A stretch of DNA of 21,711 nucleotides from Promethearchaeia archaeon (GTDB lineage Archaea > Asgardarchaeota > Lokiarchaeia > Sigyniarchaeales > SOKP01): contig JAWOFX010000090.1 of the NCBI GenBank assembly GCA_046497275.1, forward strand, positions 1 through 21,711, read 5' to 3'. Under the pieces are notes generated by a model. It was not told the DNA's origin and did no database searches. It saw only the letters and a program-made list of their open reading frames with translations. Each line of letters begins with the position of its first letter. Position 1 is the stretch's first letter. The translations under genes were made by a program, and so were the position numbers. Positions 7,613 to 17,189 of this stretch are shown here, in pieces.

Positions 7613-7843
7613 CTATATTCCCCTATATTTAATTCCAATAAAGAAAAGTAACCACGAGAGGAAAATTAAAACTAATGCGATTGTAACCCAAAGTTGTTCT
7701 GCTGTTAATCCCGGAACCGTAATAGTTTGTAAACTACTCCAGATTTCTGGTATCCAATATATTGAGACAACTAAAAGAAATCCAAGGGCTAAAAGTAAAA
7801 AAGAAACTACAACTGTAATTTTCTTAGGTGGAGAGTAACCCAT
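7613..7843 (-). CDS. Small membrane protein (76 aa, two predicted TM helices)
   Basis: MGYSPPKKITVVVSFLLLALG...WLLFFIGIKYRGI, two long hydrophobic segments with basic termini. Confidence 0.7.
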   Translation of the reverse strand: MGYSPPKKITVVVSFLLLALGFLLVVSIYWIPEIWSSLQTITVPGLTAEQLWVTIALVLIFLSWLLFFIGIKYRGI

Positions 7844-8014
7844 TTATTTATTTTCACCTTATTTTTTCTATTATTAGTTATTTATGATTAAGTAATTTAA
7901 AAATTATATTTAAAAACATATAAATATTCTCATGAATAATAAAACTAATATTTTAGAATATATTTTAATATTCAACTAATCATAATTGAATCAATTAATT
8001 AAAGTTGTGAAAAT

Positions 8015-8410
8015 ATGGCTCAAGCAGATGAACGTTTCGCGATCGTCCATATCTATAGTAGTTATAACAATACTCTTGTAACCGCCACCGATTTAAGTGG
8101 GGCCGAAACATTTGCTAAATGTTCAGGTGGTATGGTAGTAAAGGCAGATCGTGATGAATCAAATCCTTATGCTGCGATGCAATGTGGATTTCGAGTGGCA
8201 AGTACGCTGAAAGATTTGGGAATTTTTTCAGTTCATATTAAAGTAAGGGCACCAGGGGGGAATAAATCTCAAACACCTGGTCCAGGAGCTCAAGCATGTA
8301 TTAGAGCTTTAGCACGTTCTGGACTTAGAGTCGGAAGAATAGAGGAAGTGACTCCAAAATCACACGACCATTGTCGTAGAAAGGGTGGTCATCGCGGAAG
8401 AAGAGTATAA
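8015..8410 (+). CDS. rps11: 30S ribosomal protein S11 (uS11), archaeal type
   Basis: [45 protein letters not shown] and [11 protein letters not shown]. Confidence 0.97.
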   Translation: MAQADERFAIVHIYSSYNNTLVTATDLSGAETFAKCSGGMVVKADRDESNPYAAMQCGFRVASTLKDLGIFSVHIKVRAPGGNKSQTPGPGAQACIRALARSGLRVGRIEEVTPKSHDHCRRKGGHRGRRV

Positions 8411-8666
8411 GGTTCTAAGTTTGTGTATTCTCATTTTTAATTAAGTATAAAATATGAAGATTTTAAAATAATAACTTCATTAAGAAAATATTTCTCCGTT
8501 TTTCTTTTGGACTTTTACTTCTAGATGGTTCTTTAAAAAATCTCATATTTTTTAATATGTAATGGTAATACTTATTGTGTATATCACACAAAAATAAATT
8601 GGTAATTAATTTATATTATAAATAGATACAAATTAATAGAACCAATCTTATTCAGATTGGATTTTT

Positions 8667-10445
8667 ATGAGTAAAATGGAGAAAAATCGCCCTATTATTG
8701 AAGAAATTAAGGATATTTATCATTATTTGACGGAAGGAGAGCCAAATCCAGATGATGAAATTGAAGCTCAAAAAGAATTAACTGAAAAATTTGAAAAATT
8801 AAAAGAATATAATGAGTTTCCAGATAAAAAGTCCCTTATCGAAGAGATCATAGCAAAATTAAAAGAGTGGGATACATTAGAATACTGGTTTATAGAGACG
8901 CCCTTGCCTAAAAAAATAGATGAATTATTACAAATCAAAAAGGAAGAGCAAACAGAAGAATCGGAATTAGAATTAGAAGAGAAAAGTAGAAAAAAATCTG
9001 AAGTTGATATATCTGAAATTATGTCTCAATTATCTGAACAATTTAAAGGGGAAATTGATACACTAAGAGAAGAAATCGATTCACTGAAAAATGAAATTAA
9101 AAATAAAGAGGATATCATCCAGACTATTAAAAGTAAAAAACAAGTAAAAAAAATCACTCCTAAAAAAGAAGGAACCTCTAAATTGCCTCCTTTAGAAATT
9201 CATTTACCGGCCGTTAAAAAAGCAGAAGAAAAAATTATGAAAGAGGCAGGAATTAGTGAGAAACAGGTTCAACGGGGTGAAGATCAAAGTAGTATCGAAT
9301 CAGTAGAAAATGAATTGTTAGACAGAGAAACGAAGCTACAGAAAAAACAAGAACAGTATAAAGAAAAATTAGAAGTCTCTTTACAGCAATTAAAAGCTAG
9401 TAAAAAGGAACAAACAGAAGAAAGAGAAGAGTTTATTGAAGTACAAGATGAAGTTATCCTGGAAAAACCTATAGAAAAACCAGAAACTGAATCTTTTAAG
9501 GAAGTAGAAATGGAAACAACTCAAAAATCTCTAGAAGAGCATTTAGTTGAGGAGAATCTCTCAGAAACAGAAGAATATAAAATTAAGAAACCAGAACTAA
9601 AAGAAAGTGAACTGTCTCCAACTAGTAAGGAAAAACAAGAGATCCAAGAACAAGAGTTAACCACCATTCCAACAAATGAAGTGTGGGAAGAAGAAAATGT
9701 GGTGACCCCCCCTCCAACAAAGCCCACTGTGTCCACAACACCTCCTACCCCTCCTCGAAAAACTATTCCTTCAAAACCTGCCCAAACTTCCGAAAAATCT
9801 TTTTCTGAACAAGAACACCATATTCCTCAGAATATTGAACAAGAAGATATGCCAAAAACACTGCCTCCAAAAAAACCAACTATATCCACTATGGCCGTTG
9901 AGGAACCCGTCAATAAGGAACTGAAACAGATGCCAGAGAAACCTCCAAAAATGAAAAGTATTGCCGAAGTCGAAGTAGAAGAAACAGAAATGCCATCTCA
10001 AGAGCCCTTAAAAACTGATTTATTTAGTGTATTCTCTTCAATGGGGAAGAAAAATGAGTCAAAACCTAAGGAAAAACCTAATCTTGAATCGATAAAAAGC
10101 TTTATACCGGGGGGAATAGAGGAAAAAAATGTTGAAAAACCTCCTGTCGAACCTCCTAAGAAAGATATTACTCCAGAACCTCCAGAAGAGGACTATTCAG
10201 AAGAAATAGAATCAAAAAGCATTGAAGAATTACCTAAGGATAAGGATGCATTATATCAAGAATTAATTGCATTAGAGGGTAAAAGATATAGTTTAGAAAA
10301 GTCTTTTAAGGAATTAGAAAAAAGATATAATAAAGGGAGCATTGACGAGCATGAATTTAAATCCGAGGGAGAAAAATTAAAAGATAGTTTAAACGAAATC
10401 ACTAGAAGAATTACTAACATACGAAGAATAGTAGCGAGTATGTAA
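8667..10445 (+). CDS. Hypothetical 592-aa acidic protein: helical N-terminus, coiled coil, long Glu/Lys/Pro-rich low-complexity linker, helical C-terminal domain
   Basis: Long open frame with typical purine-rich codon usage. Composition seen directly. No family recognised with confidence. Confidence 0.85.
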   Translation: MSKMEKNRPIIEEIKDIYHYLTEGEPNPDDEIEAQKELTEKFEKLKEYNEFPDKKSLIEEIIAKLKEWDTLEYWFIETPLPKKIDELLQIKKEEQTEESELELEEKSRKKSEVDISEIMSQLSEQFKGEIDTLREEIDSLKNEIKNKEDIIQTIKSKKQVKKITPKKEGTSKLPPLEIHLPAVKKAEEKIMKEAGISEKQVQRGEDQSSIESVENELLDRETKLQKKQEQYKEKLEVSLQQLKASKKEQTEEREEFIEVQDEVILEKPIEKPETESFKEVEMETTQKSLEEHLVEENLSETEEYKIKKPELKESELSPTSKEKQEIQEQELTTIPTNEVWEEENVVTPPPTKPTVSTTPPTPPRKTIPSKPAQTSEKSFSEQEHHIPQNIEQEDMPKTLPPKKPTISTMAVEEPVNKELKQMPEKPPKMKSIAEVEVEETEMPSQEPLKTDLFSVFSSMGKKNESKPKEKPNLESIKSFIPGGIEEKNVEKPPVEPPKKDITPEPPEEDYSEEIESKSIEELPKDKDALYQELIALEGKRYSLEKSFKELEKRYNKGSIDEHEFKSEGEKLKDSLNEITRRITNIRRIVASM

Positions 10446-10508
10446 TTGAGAACTAAATTATTCCTGATTATGAAAAACACTAAATCTATTTTGTAGGTTT
10501 AAGATTGA

Positions 10509-11267
10509 CTATTTTATTTTGAAGACCGAAGGCCTTTCTCTTTTATGTTGAGTAGATTGGATCATTTTCTTAACTTTTTCAACTTTTTTAGAATTTAAAT
10601 TATCCATAGTTAATCCATAGTCCATTCGATATATTATTTCATCTAATGTATCATAAGTCATTCCGATTTCATCTTCATCGGTTTGTCCTCTCCATAAACC
10701 CGCAGAGGGAGGCTTATTGATGATATTATTAGGTACTCCTAATTCTTTTGCAAGTTCTTTTACTTCACATTTATATAAATCTCCAATGGGTTCGAAATCT
10801 ACTCCACCATCACCGTACTTCGTGAAGTAGCCTATAACAATCTCCGTCCTGTTCCCCGTCCCAGCTACTAAAACATTACCTTTTGATTGACCAATAAAGT
10901 AAAGCGCAGTCATTCTAAGCCTAGGTTTAATATTCCCCAAAGATAATTTAGTTGGATGGATTTTAGAGGGAAAATTTTTTATAAATTCTTTATAGGTTGA
11001 AGTTAAATTGATTTTTAAAAATTCTAATTCTAATTGATTCGCTAATACTTCTGCATCTTCAATATCTTCTTGAAGAGATTCACAAGGTAAACTAACCCCT
11101 ATAACTTTCTCATTTCCTAATGCATTTACGCATAAGGCTGCTGTAACAGAACTATCAATGCCTCCACTCAACCCTATTACAACTCCTTCAGATTTTGCGG
11201 ATTCAACATATTCCTTAATCCATTCTTGAATTTTAAAACTCAATTCTTTGACATTAAGAGATCTCAT
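10509..11267 (-). CDS. nadE: NH3-dependent NAD+ synthetase
   Basis: PP-loop VVIGLSGGIDSSV, GNIKPRLRM, GTGNRTE, GYFTKYGDG, PIGDLYKCEV, KPPSAGLWRGQTDE and QHKR. No glutaminase domain. Confidence 0.96.
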   Translation of the reverse strand: MRSLNVKELSFKIQEWIKEYVESAKSEGVVIGLSGGIDSSVTAALCVNALGNEKVIGVSLPCESLQEDIEDAEVLANQLELEFLKINLTSTYKEFIKNFPSKIHPTKLSLGNIKPRLRMTALYFIGQSKGNVLVAGTGNRTEIVIGYFTKYGDGGVDFEPIGDLYKCEVKELAKELGVPNNIINKPPSAGLWRGQTDEDEIGMTYDTLDEIIYRMDYGLTMDNLNSKKVEKVKKMIQSTQHKRERPSVFKIK

Positions 11268-11408
11268 AACTAAATTTTTTTGAATTAATTATCTTTTTTT
11301 AATTAAATATTTCAAATAAAAGTAATTTAGATCATTTAGGATTTTGAAACCTTTTTAACATTTCATTATTATTATATATATCAAAACAAATGGAAAAGAG
11401 GATTTTAT

Positions 11409-11825
11409 ATGAGTGAAGAATTTAAGAGTTTAGTTGACGAATCATTTAAAAGAAAAATTGCCACCATTTGGATTTATACAGATGATTATATTTATGGAAT
11501 GATGCCTGCTGATGAGGAGGGTAATCGCTGGACTGAAGTCTCCTACACTTTTGAGATGGATGATCCTTTAAGAACAAAAGAAAGAGGTGCTGATTTATCC
11601 TATCAATTTCTATTTGAAGAATTAGAAAAGGGAGTCTCTTTTTATATTAAGGATTTTAATGTGAATAATTTAAAAAATTTTGCTGATTCAATCAGTTCGA
11701 AATCAGGACCAGAAAAGGTTAAAGCTTTGATAATGGAATTAATTAATAATCCTGAAAAATATTCAGAGAATTTGCCAATAGTTAAATCTAAAGATGAGAG
11801 TAATATATTGAAACAAAAAGTCTAA
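11409..11825 (+). CDS. Hypothetical protein (138 aa)
   Basis: ATG with upstream GAGGA, globular-looking sequence. No family recognised. Confidence 0.75.
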   Translation: MSEEFKSLVDESFKRKIATIWIYTDDYIYGMMPADEEGNRWTEVSYTFEMDDPLRTKERGADLSYQFLFEELEKGVSFYIKDFNVNNLKNFADSISSKSGPEKVKALIMELINNPEKYSENLPIVKSKDESNILKQKV

Positions 11826-11894
11826 TATCTTATTTTTTTATTACAATTTTCCTTTCTTTCATAAATTAATAGTATCAATAACTATCTTTAAAAA

Positions 11895-12395
11895 CTAGCC
11901 ATACATTTCATCCCTACGAGGATAATTCTTTCTGAATTTCTCGTCAACTTTTTTGGCCATTTGATATCCTAAGTTTGAATTTCTCTCTTTAATTATCTTT
12001 TTAAAGTAATCTCCTTCTTTTTGAGAATATTTTTCTATTCCACTTGCGATTATATTTTGATTTTTATTAATTGGTACGACCATCCCAAATAAGTTTATCA
12101 TATCTTCTTTCGATAATTTCTTACCGTATGTCTCTTTATCGATATCCTTATCAAGATTACGAACCACAGTTCCCATTGAAAGTGCTGAAAATGGACTTAA
12201 TTGTTTTGACTTCAGCCAAAATGTATTGGGTTTTTTAGCGATAAAGGTATCTTTATTTCCTTTCTCATCTCGTGATCCTAGGATCCTCCAATCTTTCGAA
12301 TCTTTATCATATTCTTTTTTCATTTTTTTTACGATATTTGAGATTGGAGCAACTCCGTGATAATCCTCATCTTCTTCTTTATCATCTTTTCTCAT
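11895..12395 (-). CDS. Hypothetical protein (166 aa)
   Basis: Open frame convergent with 11409-11825, charged and globular. No family recognised. Confidence 0.75.
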   Translation of the reverse strand: MRKDDKEEDEDYHGVAPISNIVKKMKKEYDKDSKDWRILGSRDEKGNKDTFIAKKPNTFWLKSKQLSPFSALSMGTVVRNLDKDIDKETYGKKLSKEDMINLFGMVVPINKNQNIIASGIEKYSQKEGDYFKKIIKERNSNLGYQMAKKVDEKFRKNYPRRDEMYG

Positions 12396-12555
12396 ATCTT
12401 CAATTATATTTAATAAATAAAAATATAAAAACTTAAAGAATAATACATATAATCAAGTTTGTAGGTTTAACTTATATCTTAATAGAGATTGTAATTTTCA
12501 TCTAAATTGATTACAATTATTAATTAAATGAATCAGAAATATCAAAGAGAAACTT

Positions 12556-14427
12556 TTGAAAAATATAGAATCTGATATGGAAAAATTGCTAAAACAATTA
12601 GAAAAGCTTATTTCTCAGAAGAAATATAGTAAAGCAAATTATATTCTTCACAAGATAGATTTACGAGAGGAAAGATTCTTAAAAAATTACTTAAATCGTA
12701 AACAAGAAGGAGTCTATTACACAGACTCAAACTTATCACATTTTATTTTCCAAAAAACATTACTATTATATCTAAATAAGAGATTAAGATTAAAATTAAG
12801 GGACATAAGTGATATTTATAATCTGGATAAAAATCTAAAGGTTAAAATAGATAATATTCTCAAAAAACTTACAATTTGTGATCCAACCTGTGGCTCGGGT
12901 AATTTTTTAGTAAATGCAGCAGAAATCCTCTTTTCAATTCTTAATGAAATTAATAGAGAAAGAGACAACGTTGAAATCAAAACTCAAATTCTTAAAAATC
13001 TCTATGGATTTGACATTAATGAATCTTCGCTCACGCTTTCTAAATTAAAGTTATTAAGATGGTTTTTTAATAGACAATATGATAACTTTTCAGAAATTAA
13101 ATCCCTACTAGATTCAAATTTACAGAAAAAAAACAGTCTTTTAGATTCTGAACTCTCTGAATTTGATATAGAAGGAAACAAATTAGATATAATCATTGGA
13201 AATCCTCCATATGGAAATATCCTAACTGATAAAGAGAAGAAAGTATTAAAAGAACACAATATCTATTTTCAAGATGTTTATTGCGCTTATCTATTAAAAG
13301 CCTTGGAATTATGTAAGGGAGTGATTGGATTCCTGGTTCCAAAAAGTTTTCTTTTAAGACAAAGCTACGTAAATTTTCGTAATAAATTGTTATCTCAATC
13401 AAATTTATTGCGAATATATGATTTGGGCTCAGACATTTTTAAAGATGCTACAAATGAAGTTCAGATTTTAATTTACTCTAATAAACAGAAAAATCAACAA
13501 GATCTAGTAATTTATGATTATCCAGATAAAAAGAATATAACATTTCAAAATCAATATTTTGATGACCTAAATGTTTGTTTTAACCCTGCTTGTCCATTAA
13601 ATGATAAAGCAAAAAAGTTCTATGTATATACTCATAAAGATAAATGCTCATATTGTTCCAATTCTACAAAGCCCTTAAATCGCGTAAGAGTGAAAGTTAC
13701 TAAGAAAATCTTTAATATAATCAATAGAATTGAGAGAAAAGGGGACCTAAACTATTTGAGCGTGAAGGATTACCCCAAGTTTATAAGAGGAGAGGAAGCT
13801 AAAGGATTATCGATAATCAAAAGAGCACTTAAAGAAAAAACTCAAGGATCATGTTTTTTTATAGATGCAAAACGAGATTTTGAATATTTTTACTTTAAAA
13901 AATCACAGAAATTTGACCTAGATAAAGTAGATGAAGACTTACTTAAAGGAGAAAATAAAGAATATTACCAAGGATCGAAGTTGTTAATAAAACATAATAA
14001 TATCTATCCCGAAGCACTTTATACTAGGAAAGATACTTGTTTTACTTCTTCAATCTATTCCTTACTTTATGAAGATCCGAATGAATTAATGTTTCTCTGC
14101 GGATTATTAAATTCAATATTAATTCAATTTTATACAATCTATGGTATTAATAATCAAAAAGGAACCACTATTAATTTAAATCAATATATGATTAGACATC
14201 TCCCCATCATCAATGTTCAAAAAGATAAAAGAGAGGAGATTTCTAAACTAGTTGAACTGATCACGTATGATTTAGATATAAATGAAAAATTAAATCAGCG
14301 TACGATAAGTTTTGTTAAAAAATTAAATGATTGTGTATTTAATTTATATTCTATGAATGAGGGAGATCAAGCATTAATGAAAGCCAAAGTAAAATTATTT
14401 AATCCTTACTTCGATTTGATTTACTAA
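12556..14427 (+). CDS. Amino-DNA methyltransferase, gamma class (Eco57I/TaqI-like, likely m6A), with C-terminal TaqI_C-like target-recognition region
   Basis: SAM motif I ICDPTCGSGNFL, LYGFDIN, catalytic motif IV IIGNPPY, GFLVPKSFL and C-terminal LCGLLNSILIQFY...LPI. Start could be TTG 12556 or ATG 12577. Confidence 0.88.
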   Translation: MKNIESDMEKLLKQLEKLISQKKYSKANYILHKIDLREERFLKNYLNRKQEGVYYTDSNLSHFIFQKTLLLYLNKRLRLKLRDISDIYNLDKNLKVKIDNILKKLTICDPTCGSGNFLVNAAEILFSILNEINRERDNVEIKTQILKNLYGFDINESSLTLSKLKLLRWFFNRQYDNFSEIKSLLDSNLQKKNSLLDSELSEFDIEGNKLDIIIGNPPYGNILTDKEKKVLKEHNIYFQDVYCAYLLKALELCKGVIGFLVPKSFLLRQSYVNFRNKLLSQSNLLRIYDLGSDIFKDATNEVQILIYSNKQKNQQDLVIYDYPDKKNITFQNQYFDDLNVCFNPACPLNDKAKKFYVYTHKDKCSYCSNSTKPLNRVRVKVTKKIFNIINRIERKGDLNYLSVKDYPKFIRGEEAKGLSIIKRALKEKTQGSCFFIDAKRDFEYFYFKKSQKFDLDKVDEDLLKGENKEYYQGSKLLIKHNNIYPEALYTRKDTCFTSSIYSLLYEDPNELMFLCGLLNSILIQFYTIYGINNQKGTTINLNQYMIRHLPIINVQKDKREEISKLVELITYDLDINEKLNQRTISFVKKLNDCVFNLYSMNEGDQALMKAKVKLFNPYFDLIY

Positions 14428-14461
14428 CTTTTATATAAATAAAAGTGATAATTAAAGCTTA

Positions 14462-14989
14462 ATGAATTATTCCGATTTTAGACAATCTGAATTTTTTAAA
14501 TTCTTCAATTTAATGGAACAATCATCAATAAAAGTTGATATAGATCAAAAAAAACTATATTTTAAAACAGGTGGATTTCAAGAACATATAGATATCTATC
14601 TTTATGTAAATAATAATTATCTAATCACACAAAGTGAATTATATCTTGATAGGAAATGGATTGGTAACACAAAATCTATAAATCCATTTGGTATTGATAT
14701 TTCTAAGAGTTTTATTGATTTATTTATACCAGAGGACCCTGAGAAAGAATTTAAAAAACATCTAGTTCATTATTTATTCAATTTAAGAGGAGATGAACAA
14801 GTCGTTATTCCACTGCACAGAGCATTTATCGATTTTGAAGAATCAGTACCAGAAATAGTCCCTTTTTTGAATGTCTATCGCAATAATAAGAACAAAATAA
14901 AAAAAACTACGCAAAATTATAATCTGATTATGGAGAATATAATTCAAAACCAAAAAGATCGCCTTTTAATAAGAATTGATTCATATTAA
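14462..14989 (+). CDS. Hypothetical protein (175 aa)
   Basis: ORF 34 nt downstream of the methyltransferase on the same strand. No nuclease motif recognised. Confidence 0.75.
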   Translation: MNYSDFRQSEFFKFFNLMEQSSIKVDIDQKKLYFKTGGFQEHIDIYLYVNNNYLITQSELYLDRKWIGNTKSINPFGIDISKSFIDLFIPEDPEKEFKKHLVHYLFNLRGDEQVVIPLHRAFIDFEESVPEIVPFLNVYRNNKNKIKKTTQNYNLIMENIIQNQKDRLLIRIDSY

Positions 14990-15069
14990 GATGATTTTTC
15001 AAATGAATGAGAATTATAAATATTAAACTAAGAAATAATTTTACTAATATTTTATGATAAAGAAGTGAG

Positions 15070-15906
15070 TTGATTATTATATCAAAAATAGATTTAAGTT
15101 CAATAGGAGAAACGAAAGAGGCAACATTTGAATATGATTGGAAAATGAGTGTTTTATATAATTTAGGAATTGGTGCACAAGCAGAAGATTTACATTTTGT
15201 TTATGAAAATACAAAAGGGGGATTAAAAGTTTTTCCGAGTTTTGCCACGATTGTAGGGTCAAGTGCATTACTTTTCCCTAAAGGAACGGATTTTGTTCAC
15301 TTATTGCATGGTGAGCAGTTGATTCGACTTTATCGTCCTTTCGAACCTGAGGGAATTATTAATACTAAAGCTGTTATAGAACATATCTATGATAAAGGTA
15401 AAGCGGCAGTAATACATACTAAAATTTCTGGATCTTCACCCGAAGGTGAGCATATATTTGATACTAAATACGTGTTCTTCGTTGTTGGATCTGGAGGATT
15501 TGGCGGTGATCCGGGACCAAAAACAGAATCTATAATCCCTCCCACAGGTAAAAAACCAGATTTTAGTTTTTCTTATCAGACTAGCCCAAATCAAGCAGCA
15601 TTGTATCGGTTAAATGGAGATTTAAACCCTCTTCATATAGATCCGAAATTTGCTAAAATGGCGGGTCAACCAAAACCAATACTTCATGGCTTATGTACTT
15701 ATGGGATTGCTATACGTGCTATTATGTATGGACTATGCGATGGTGATGTTTCCCGACTCAAAGAATTTAATGCAAGATTTAAAGATGTCGTGTTTCCTGG
15801 CGATCTTCTCATTACTGAAGGCTGGGAAGATAATGGACGCTATATAATTCAAGTAAGAAAGGAAGACACAGTAGTCTTAGGAAATGCTTATGCTAAGGTG
15901 AAATAA
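15070..15906 (+). CDS. Double hot-dog (R)-specific enoyl-CoA hydratase 2 (MaoC / MFE-2 hydratase family)
   Basis: LYNLGIGA, VFPSFATI, LLHGEQ, hydratase-2 motif YRLNGDLNPLHIDP, PILHGLCTYG and VVFPGD. TTG start uncertain. Confidence 0.92.
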   Translation: MIIISKIDLSSIGETKEATFEYDWKMSVLYNLGIGAQAEDLHFVYENTKGGLKVFPSFATIVGSSALLFPKGTDFVHLLHGEQLIRLYRPFEPEGIINTKAVIEHIYDKGKAAVIHTKISGSSPEGEHIFDTKYVFFVVGSGGFGGDPGPKTESIIPPTGKKPDFSFSYQTSPNQAALYRLNGDLNPLHIDPKFAKMAGQPKPILHGLCTYGIAIRAIMYGLCDGDVSRLKEFNARFKDVVFPGDLLITEGWEDNGRYIIQVRKEDTVVLGNAYAKVK

Positions 15907-15929
15907 TAACTATTTCATTTGTCATCTTT

Positions 15930-16331
15930 TTATCTTCCAATTAATTTTTTTTTACCTCTCTTTTTCAATATTAATAGAAATGAATAAAATAAATATCCCA
16001 ATAACAAACCCAATATGTCAAAAAAAAAGTCTATTACATCAAAATATCTGTTTGGTACAAAATATTGATGGATTTCATCTGAGAGGGCAAAAAAACATAA
16101 AAAGATGATGATATATTTATTCTTTACTTTTTGAGAAAACCCAAAAAAAATTAACAATCCAAAAACAGCAAATTCGATAATATGTAACATATAATTAATA
16201 TCAAACAGATCTATTTGAGGGGGTTCAATTGATTTTGGAATGCTTATAGAAGATAATATGATTATAAAGACTCCAAAAGCAATTCCGGGTAAAGCTTTTA
16301 CTACATCAAATAAAGACCATTGATTCTCCAT
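15930..16331 (-). CDS. VanZ-family membrane protein
   Basis: LHIIEFAVFG...ALSDEIHQYFVPNRYFDVIDFFFDILG, the VanZ H..EF / DE.HQ..P.R..D signature. Confidence 0.85.
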   Translation of the reverse strand: MENQWSLFDVVKALPGIAFGVFIIILSSISIPKSIEPPQIDLFDINYMLHIIEFAVFGLLIFFGFSQKVKNKYIIIFLCFFALSDEIHQYFVPNRYFDVIDFFFDILGLLLGYLFYSFLLILKKRGKKKLIGR

Positions 16332-16477
16332 AATTAATATAAAGGGATTATTTTTACAAATTCTTTTATGACTATTTTTAATGTTATTAAAAATAATTTA
16401 TAACTCTTAGTTAAATTTGATTTGTAGATACACAAATAAAACAAATAAAAAAAAACCTTTTTTCCTTAGAGTTATTA

Positions 16478-17188
16478 TTAGTAGAGAAGAATTATTCTTA
16501 TCGCAATAAAGAAAATAACTTGAATTACGACAAACCAGGGACTATGAGGGCTTTCTTCTAATTTAATCCTTTCTTCTTTAGGAATTAATAAGAAAGTTAA
16601 TGCAAATAGAAAGGATATTGTAAACCATGCGATATAGTTTTGAATTGGGATATTATAAGGATTGCTAGTTACTGTCCAAGTCCAATAATCTAATCCAACT
16701 GCCGCTGGCTCTAATATAAAATCAAATAGTGTCGCCAAACTAGCAGTTAAAACTGCGATCAAGATAATATTTATCTTTATACTTATTTCTAAATTAAATA
16801 ATTCCTTAACTAACCATTCTGAAAATAATACTAATGAAAAAATAATGAATACCCAATTCAGACCAATTACAACTGGAACATTTAATAACTTAAGTCCAAG
16901 TCCATCACCATAATAGTAGGGACCAAAAATAAAACCTGTTGAAGCGCCAATAACCTCTAAAGAAAAGGTCACTATATACGCTATTAATATCCATGCGACA
17001 ACATATTTATATTTTAAACTTTTATAAATAGCCCAAATACCAGAAATCAACAATACATAGGGAGTCAACACAACCATGAACGGATAAGTCAAGTCCCATA
17101 CATGCCAAATAATTCCTACTATGAAAAATATAAATAAAATTAGCGTTTGAAATTTCCAGTCTGATAATTTTATGTTTTTTTTATTCAT
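16478..17188 (-). CDS. cruF: CruF-like carotenoid 1,2-hydratase (carotenoid biosynthesis membrane protein, DUF422 type)
   Basis: EVIGASTGFIFGPYYYG, VPVVIGLNW, LFDFILEPAA and IPIQNYIAW. Start reassigned to ATG 17188, which has GGTGAG 4 nt upstream and lies 1 nt after the desaturase stop. The track start at 17212 overlaps the upstream gene. Confidence 0.82.
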   Translation of the reverse strand: MNKKNIKLSDWKFQTLILFIFFIVGIIWHVWDLTYPFMVVLTPYVLLISGIWAIYKSLKYKYVVAWILIAYIVTFSLEVIGASTGFIFGPYYYGDGLGLKLLNVPVVIGLNWVFIIFSLVLFSEWLVKELFNLEISIKINIILIAVLTASLATLFDFILEPAAVGLDYWTWTVTSNPYNIPIQNYIAWFTISFLFALTFLLIPKEERIKLEESPHSPWFVVIQVIFFIAIRIILLY

Positions 17189-17189
17189 T

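Noticed and set aside
7456-7838. Alternative ORFs 7456-7638 (-) and 7572-7838 (+)
   Set aside because: They overlap antisense to the two more plausible hydrophobic ORFs, which have better starts and coherent TM patterns.
9521-10480. Minus-strand ORFs 9521-9736, 9771-10001 and 10256-10480
   Set aside because: Antisense products of a low-complexity purine-rich gene.
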